This document shows, piece by piece, positions 59,300 to 64,000 of a DNA stretch of 64,000 nt. The notes under the pieces were generated by a model. It did not search any database. It was not told the DNA's origin and worked only from the letters and a program-made list of their open reading frames with translations. A program made the position numbers and the translations under genes. Positions within the stretch are counted from its first letter, which is position 1; every line of letters starts with the position of its first letter. Source of the stretch: Gammaproteobacteria bacterium (GTDB taxonomy: Bacteria; Pseudomonadota; Gammaproteobacteria; Arenicellales; Arenicellaceae); NCBI GenBank assembly GCA_013002025.1, contig JABDKW010000008.1:23580-87579 (forward strand), read 5' to 3'.

Positions 59300-61048
59300 C
59301 TAGGCTTTTCGCGCGTTTAGCAGTTCGTTGAGCTGTTGCTTTTCGTCCGGCTGCAGACCTTCATGGCGAGCCTTATCGAGCAATCGCTCTAGTTCAGCCT
59401 CGGCCGCCTCGCCTCGCAATTGCACCAACAAACCACCAAATGCGGTGGCCAGATCCTCCGCTTCAATTAAATGGTCATGCGCCGCCAGTTTTTCAAGGGC
59501 AGCAAAGTGCGATTCCTGGCGATGTCGCTCCAGTAGAGAAGCCGTGTTCACCTCATTTTGCTGACATTGTTCTACCAGTTGCAGCAATAATTCGATGCCC
59601 CGGATCTGCAGTTTCTCAAGGCCGTGATCGGTACCCAACTCCCGCCCCAGATGAGGGTGCTGTAGCAGCAGTGAAATAATGCGCCTGATCACGGTCATCG
59701 GCAGTGGCTGACTCGCTTTGGCCATGCGAGGCCTGCCGGTTTGTCGGGTCTTTTCATTGGCAGACAAAAGATCCTGTGGTGTTAATTGTGCCAGCCGCGC
59801 CAATTTTTCGACCACCAGCTTGCGTAATACTCCATCCGGGAGTTGGGCAATCATGGGGCGAGCCAATTTAGCCAGTTTGGCGCGACCGTCGAGACGGCTT
59901 AAATCCGCCTGTTGACGCAGGTGATCGATTAAAAAATCGGTTAGCGGTTGAGCATCAGCAACCAATTGTGAGAACTGTTGTTGGCCAACCTTACGCACCA
60001 TGGAGTCCGGGTCCTCACCGTCTGGCAGGAACAAAAAGCTGATCTGATAGCCATCCTGCATTAACGGCAGGCAGGTTTGTAATGCTTTGCCGGCGGCCGC
60101 TCGTCCGGCCCGATCCCCATCAAAACTGAAAGTGATGTTCGGGGTATGCCGCAGCAAGCGTTGTAGGTGCATTGCGGTGGTGGCGGTACCGAGCGTGGCC
60201 ACGGCATTGTCGATACCCGCCTGTGCGAGGGCGACCACATCCATATAGCCTTCGACTACCAACACACCATCGGCGGCTTTGATGCCGCCGCGTGCGGCAA
60301 ACAGACCATACAGCTCAGAACCTTTATGGAAAATTGGTGTTTCCGGCGAATTTAAATATTTGGGCTCGCCATCGTCCAACACCCGCCCGCCAAAGCCGAC
60401 AATACGGCCACGATGATCCTGAATCGGAAACATAATGCGGTGCCGAAAACGGTCGTAAACACGCTGTTTCTCATTTTGCGTCAGCATGCCGGTGTCGATT
60501 AAGGCTTTCTGCCGGGCCTCACTGCCGCCGAGACTCAGCAGCAGGTTATCCCAGCCCTCTGGCGCATAGCCCAGCGCAAAACGTTTAGCTATCTCGCCAC
60601 TCAAGCCGCGCTGCTTGAGATACGCAACAGCCTCATCTTTGTCCTTGTGCTGGCGCAATTGTTGTTGATAGTAGTCACTCACTTCCTGCATCAATTGATA
60701 CAGATCGACACCCTGTCGCACCACCGGTTGGGCCTGCGCGGAATGGGCTTCAACCGGAATCTCCAGACCTGCGCTACTGGCCAGTTTTTCGATGGCTTCA
60801 CGGAACTCCATATGGTCGTAATTCATCAGGAAGCTGATGGCGGTGCCGTTCACGCCACAGCCGAAGCAGTGGTAAAACTGTTTGCTTGGTGACACTGTGA
60901 ACGAGGGTGTTTTCTCGCCGTGGAAGGGGCAATTGGCTTTGTAGTTGGCACCGGCTTTTTTGAGCGGCACATAGCCGTCAATCAAGTCGACGATGTCAAC
61001 CCGATTCAAAAGTTGGTCAATAAAGTGTTGCGGAATGCGCCCGGCCAT
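59300..61048 (-). CDS. dnaG: DNA primase
   Basis: Zinc finger CPFHGEKTPSF...CFGC, and Toprim VVEGYMDV. Confidence 0.95.
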   Translation of the reverse strand: MAGRIPQHFIDQLLNRVDIVDLIDGYVPLKKAGANYKANCPFHGEKTPSFTVSPSKQFYHCFGCGVNGTAISFLMNYDHMEFREAIEKLASSAGLEIPVEAHSAQAQPVVRQGVDLYQLMQEVSDYYQQQLRQHKDKDEAVAYLKQRGLSGEIAKRFALGYAPEGWDNLLLSLGGSEARQKALIDTGMLTQNEKQRVYDRFRHRIMFPIQDHRGRIVGFGGRVLDDGEPKYLNSPETPIFHKGSELYGLFAARGGIKAADGVLVVEGYMDVVALAQAGIDNAVATLGTATTAMHLQRLLRHTPNITFSFDGDRAGRAAAGKALQTCLPLMQDGYQISFLFLPDGEDPDSMVRKVGQQQFSQLVADAQPLTDFLIDHLRQQADLSRLDGRAKLAKLARPMIAQLPDGVLRKLVVEKLARLAQLTPQDLLSANEKTRQTGRPRMAKASQPLPMTVIRRIISLLLQHPHLGRELGTDHGLEKLQIRGIELLLQLVEQCQQNEVNTASLLERHRQESHFAALEKLAAHDHLIEAEDLATAFGGLLVQLRGEAAEAELERLLDKARHEGLQPDEKQQLNELLNARKA

Positions 61049-61135
61049 CGGGCTATTCTACTGGGGCACCCGATTAAACACTAGGCAGCGCGTTTCGGGG
61101 TTTGGATTGTTGCCTGCGCGAATCAGGGCTGCAGA

Positions 61136-61582
61136 TCAGGACTGTAGTGTTGCTTTGATCATGCCACTGACCTGGCCCATATCAGCTCGGCCCTGCAATT
61201 GCGGCTTTAACAGGCCCATCACCTTACCCATGTCCTGCATCCCGGTAGCACCGGTATCGGCAATGGCTTTGGCAACGGCGGCCGACACTTCGGCCTCGCT
61301 TAGTTGCTGCGGCAAGTAGTGTTTCAGGTTGTCAACATGGGTCTGTTCCTTGGTGGCCAGATCGGCGCGTTCACCCTCGTTGAATTGCTTTATCGCGTCT
61401 TGTGATTGTTTAATCTGCTTCTGCAAAATTGCCGATACATCGTCGTCGCCGAGCTCGACTCGGTCATCGACTTCTTTACGCTGAATGGCGGCGCGCAACA
61501 TACGGATCGATTCCAATCGTGAGCTGTCCTTCTCACGCATTGCGGTTTTCATGTCCGCCAGAATAGTGTCCTTTAATGACAT
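61136..61582 (-). CDS. GatB/YqeY domain protein
   Basis: 148 aa, MSLKDTILADMKTAMREKD..., positioned between rpsU and dnaG as in pseudomonads. Confidence 0.8.
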   Translation of the reverse strand: MSLKDTILADMKTAMREKDSSRLESIRMLRAAIQRKEVDDRVELGDDDVSAILQKQIKQSQDAIKQFNEGERADLATKEQTHVDNLKHYLPQQLSEAEVSAAVAKAIADTGATGMQDMGKVMGLLKPQLQGRADMGQVSGMIKATLQS

Positions 61583-61649
61583 TGCTGCACTGTACGGGAA
61601 AGGCCGTTTATCGCGGTCTTAATCGCGGGATTAAAGATCGTGGAAACTA

Positions 61650-61865
61650 CTAGTACAAACGATTAGTGCGGATGCGGCCGCGCGAGGCGCGTTTCATTTC
61701 GCGTTTTTTGGCTGCCGCTGCTTTACGTTTGCGCACTGAAGTTGGCTTTTCATAAAACTCTCGAGCGCGCATCTCGGTGAAGATACCGGCTTTTTCGCAG
61801 GCGCGGCGGAATTTGCGCAGAACTACGTCAAATGGCTCGTCGTTTTTGACTTTAACTTGTGGCAT
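61650..61865 (-). CDS. rpsU: 30S ribosomal protein S21
   Basis: [27 protein letters not shown]..., 71 aa from the internal Met of the 95-aa ORF. Confidence 0.9.
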   Translation of the reverse strand: MPQVKVKNDEPFDVVLRKFRRACEKAGIFTEMRAREFYEKPTSVRKRKAAAAKKREMKRASRGRIRTNRLY

Positions 61866-62034
61866 AACAGATAAAAATGGGTCTATTTCTCTAAGGACGC
61901 GGGATTCTAGCGGTTTATCTGGGTAATGTATAGCCAATTGTATATACTTTCGCGGCTAAATAAGCGCCTGTAGAACCGCATAACTGCGGCATTTAGAGGC
62001 TCTGCGGACCGTAATTTAATTCGACCCAAACACC

Positions 62035-63048
62035 ATGCGAGTTTTAGGCATAGAAACTTCCTGCGATGATACCGGCGTTGCCGTTTTCGACACCGACGCG
62101 GGGCTGCTGGGCCATCTGTTGTATTCGCAAATAAAGACCCATGCGGATTATGGTGGCGTGGTGCCCGAGTTGGCCGCGCGCGACCATATTCGTAAGGTGA
62201 TCCCGCTGTTGGATACGCTATTGCAGAATATTAACTGTGAGCGAACAGACATTGACGCCATCGCCTACACAAAAGGCCCCGGTTTGGCGGGGGCGTTACT
62301 GGCGGGCAGTGCCGTGGCCAAAGGCTTGGCCTTGGCCTGGGACGTGCCGGCCATCGGCGTGCATCACATGGAAGGTCACATGTTGGCGCCAATGCTGGAG
62401 GACGATGCCCCGCAATACCCTTTTATTGCGCTACTGGTATCTGGTGGGCACACACTGTTAGCACAGGTGAATGCCATTGGTGATTACACCATTCTGGGCC
62501 AGACTCTGGATGACGCCGTCGGGGAAGCCTTTGATAAAACCGCCAAGATTCTCGGTCTGGGTTATCCCGGTGGGCCGGCGATATCGCGGGTCGCCGAGCA
62601 GGGGGTGCCGGGGCGCTTTGTGTTTCCGCGGCCAATGCTGGATCGGCCGGGCCTTGATTTCAGTTACAGCGGCCTGAAAACATTTGCCATGAACACCGCC
62701 AACAAATTTGAGGAGTTGGCAGTGCAAGATGTGGCGGATATTGCCCACGCCTTTCAATTGGCAGCAGTTGAGACCCTGGTGGTTAAAAGCCGGCGCGCGC
62801 TACAACAAACAAATTGCGACCGTCTGGTGGTAGCCGGCGGGGTGGGTGCGAATCGATATTTGCGCACCGCGCTAATGGATATGACTGAGGCAGAGCAGGC
62901 GCGGGTTTATTATCCGCGCATCGAATTTTGCACTGATAACGGCGCCATGATTGCCTACGCCGGCGCGCAACGCCTTCATCAGGCCGATGACGATCTGGCC
63001 TTTCAGGTGCGGCCGCGCTGGTCTATCGAGGAGTTGCCGGCGCTGTAG
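62035..63048 (+). CDS. tsaD: tRNA N6-adenosine threonylcarbamoyltransferase
   Basis: [15 protein letters not shown] and VSGGHT motifs. Confidence 0.95.
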   Translation: MRVLGIETSCDDTGVAVFDTDAGLLGHLLYSQIKTHADYGGVVPELAARDHIRKVIPLLDTLLQNINCERTDIDAIAYTKGPGLAGALLAGSAVAKGLALAWDVPAIGVHHMEGHMLAPMLEDDAPQYPFIALLVSGGHTLLAQVNAIGDYTILGQTLDDAVGEAFDKTAKILGLGYPGGPAISRVAEQGVPGRFVFPRPMLDRPGLDFSYSGLKTFAMNTANKFEELAVQDVADIAHAFQLAAVETLVVKSRRALQQTNCDRLVVAGGVGANRYLRTALMDMTEAEQARVYYPRIEFCTDNGAMIAYAGAQRLHQADDDLAFQVRPRWSIEELPAL

Positions 63049-63054
63049 CTCAGG

Positions 63055-63669
63055 CTAGCTGGCCCGGCTGCCAATTTTACTCTCTGAGCCGGATTTCAGA
63101 CGTTCGATATTGTCGCGGTGTCGTTGGAACAAAAACGCCACGATGAAAAATACTGCGCCCACCAATTGTAATTGATGGGCTTCATTGAACACGGCAAAGC
63201 TGGCCACGCCGGTAACGGCCGCCGCACACAATGCGGCCAGTGATGAGTAACGGCTTAGCCAGGCCACCAGCAGCCACACCAGACCAAAGCACAATATCAG
63301 TTGCCAACTTAAGGCTGCAAACACACCGATCGCCGTGGCCACGCCCTTACCGCCTTTAAAGCCCAGAAACACCGGGTACAGGTGCCCTAAAAATGCCGCG
63401 ATGGAGACCAGCGCAACCACCGCAATAGGCAATTGTCCGTATTGGGCCAGCAGTACGGGCAATAGACCCTTGCCCACGTCACCTAGTAATGTCAGGCCAG
63501 CAGCCAGCTTGTTTCCTGAGCGCAACACATTGGTTGCACCGGGATTGCCGCTGCCGGTGTGGCGCGGGTCATTCAGGCGGAACAACCGTGACACCAGCAC
63601 CGCGCTGGGAATCGAGCCAATGAAGTAGGCAATCAGCGGCGCCAGAAAATAGATGTAAGAATCTAACAT
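63055..63669 (-). CDS. plsY: glycerol-3-phosphate acyltransferase PlsY
   Basis: GSGNPGATNV motif. Start taken at MLDSYIYF. Confidence 0.9.
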   Translation of the reverse strand: MLDSYIYFLAPLIAYFIGSIPSAVLVSRLFRLNDPRHTGSGNPGATNVLRSGNKLAAGLTLLGDVGKGLLPVLLAQYGQLPIAVVALVSIAAFLGHLYPVFLGFKGGKGVATAIGVFAALSWQLILCFGLVWLLVAWLSRYSSLAALCAAAVTGVASFAVFNEAHQLQLVGAVFFIVAFLFQRHRDNIERLKSGSESKIGSRAS

Positions 63670-63758
63670 GCGGCGTAGTTTGGCCTCATTTTGTATCGGC
63701 GTCAAACCGGGCTATGGTAGAGTAAATGCATTACTGAACAACGAACGAGAGGTCGTTT

Positions 63759-64000
63759 TTGGATACAATATTTTTACAGGGAGTACAGTGCGAATGCGTG
63801 ATTGGCGTATGGGAGTGGGAGAAAAAAATCACTCAGACTCTGGTGTTAGACATCGAGTTGGCCACCGATATTATGGCCGCTGCTGCCAGTGATAACCTCA
63901 AAGACACGGTTGACTACAAGCACCTCACGGAGAGAGTTTTGGAAGTGGCTAAAGAGCGACCCTATAATCTGATTGAAACTCTGATTGAGCGCCTCGCCAG
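63759..64000 (+). CDS. folB: dihydroneopterin aldolase (5' part, runs off the window)
   Basis: A TTG start after a GAGAGG RBS. (L)DTIFLQGVQCECVIGVWEWEKKITQTLVLDIEL is collinear with E. coli FolB. Confidence 0.75.
   Translation, partial: MDTIFLQGVQCECVIGVWEWEKKITQTLVLDIELATDIMAAAASDNLKDTVDYKHLTERVLEVAKERPYNLIETLIERLA

Overview
The window looks like a gammaproteobacterial chromosome; the gene order resembles Pseudomonas, Cellvibrio and Oceanospirillales-type genomes, and the species cannot be named from sequence alone. Most of it is conserved housekeeping synteny. The main blocks are hemH/nadA, sohB/prc, zapA-6S RNA, ygfB-pepP-ubiH, fur/gcvH and lgt-DUF4124-lnt. These are followed by mgtE, ptsI-HPr-rapZ-ptsN-hpf, lptBAC-kdsCD-yrbG, mlaC plus an ABC-2 exporter, and ibaG-grxD-murA-hisGD. 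Next comes an ion-transport-rich accessory stretch (arsC, TAXI receptor, carbonic anhydrase, DoxX, MgtC, ZntB, two MscS-like genes, NhaP), and the window ends with rpoD-dnaG-yqeY-rpsU / tsaD / plsY / folB. The clearest non-core element is a ~10.3 kb island at 46851-57228. It is integrated into the 3' end of a tRNA(CAU, Ile2-like) just downstream of rpoD and is bounded by a perfect 48-bp direct repeat. It carries a tyrosine integrase, a Toprim primase plus a DUF3987 protein, and a P27-type small terminase, but no virion genes, so its layout resembles a phage satellite or PICI. Its cargo block consists of a BRCT-domain protein, a 6TM voltage-gated-type K+ channel, a translationally coupled pair of exported orphan proteins, and a CsrA/RsmA paralogue. 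Three other anomalies stand out. rpoN is missing from the otherwise canonical lptB-[rpoN]-hpf junction, and short relic-like ORFs sit in its place. A 125-bp structured element is duplicated in tandem (1 mismatch) between nhaP and the island. A lasso-peptide B2-like transglutaminase gene sits alone next to a PDZ-less GspC-like gene. All functional calls come from reading the translations and the DNA by eye; no searches were run.
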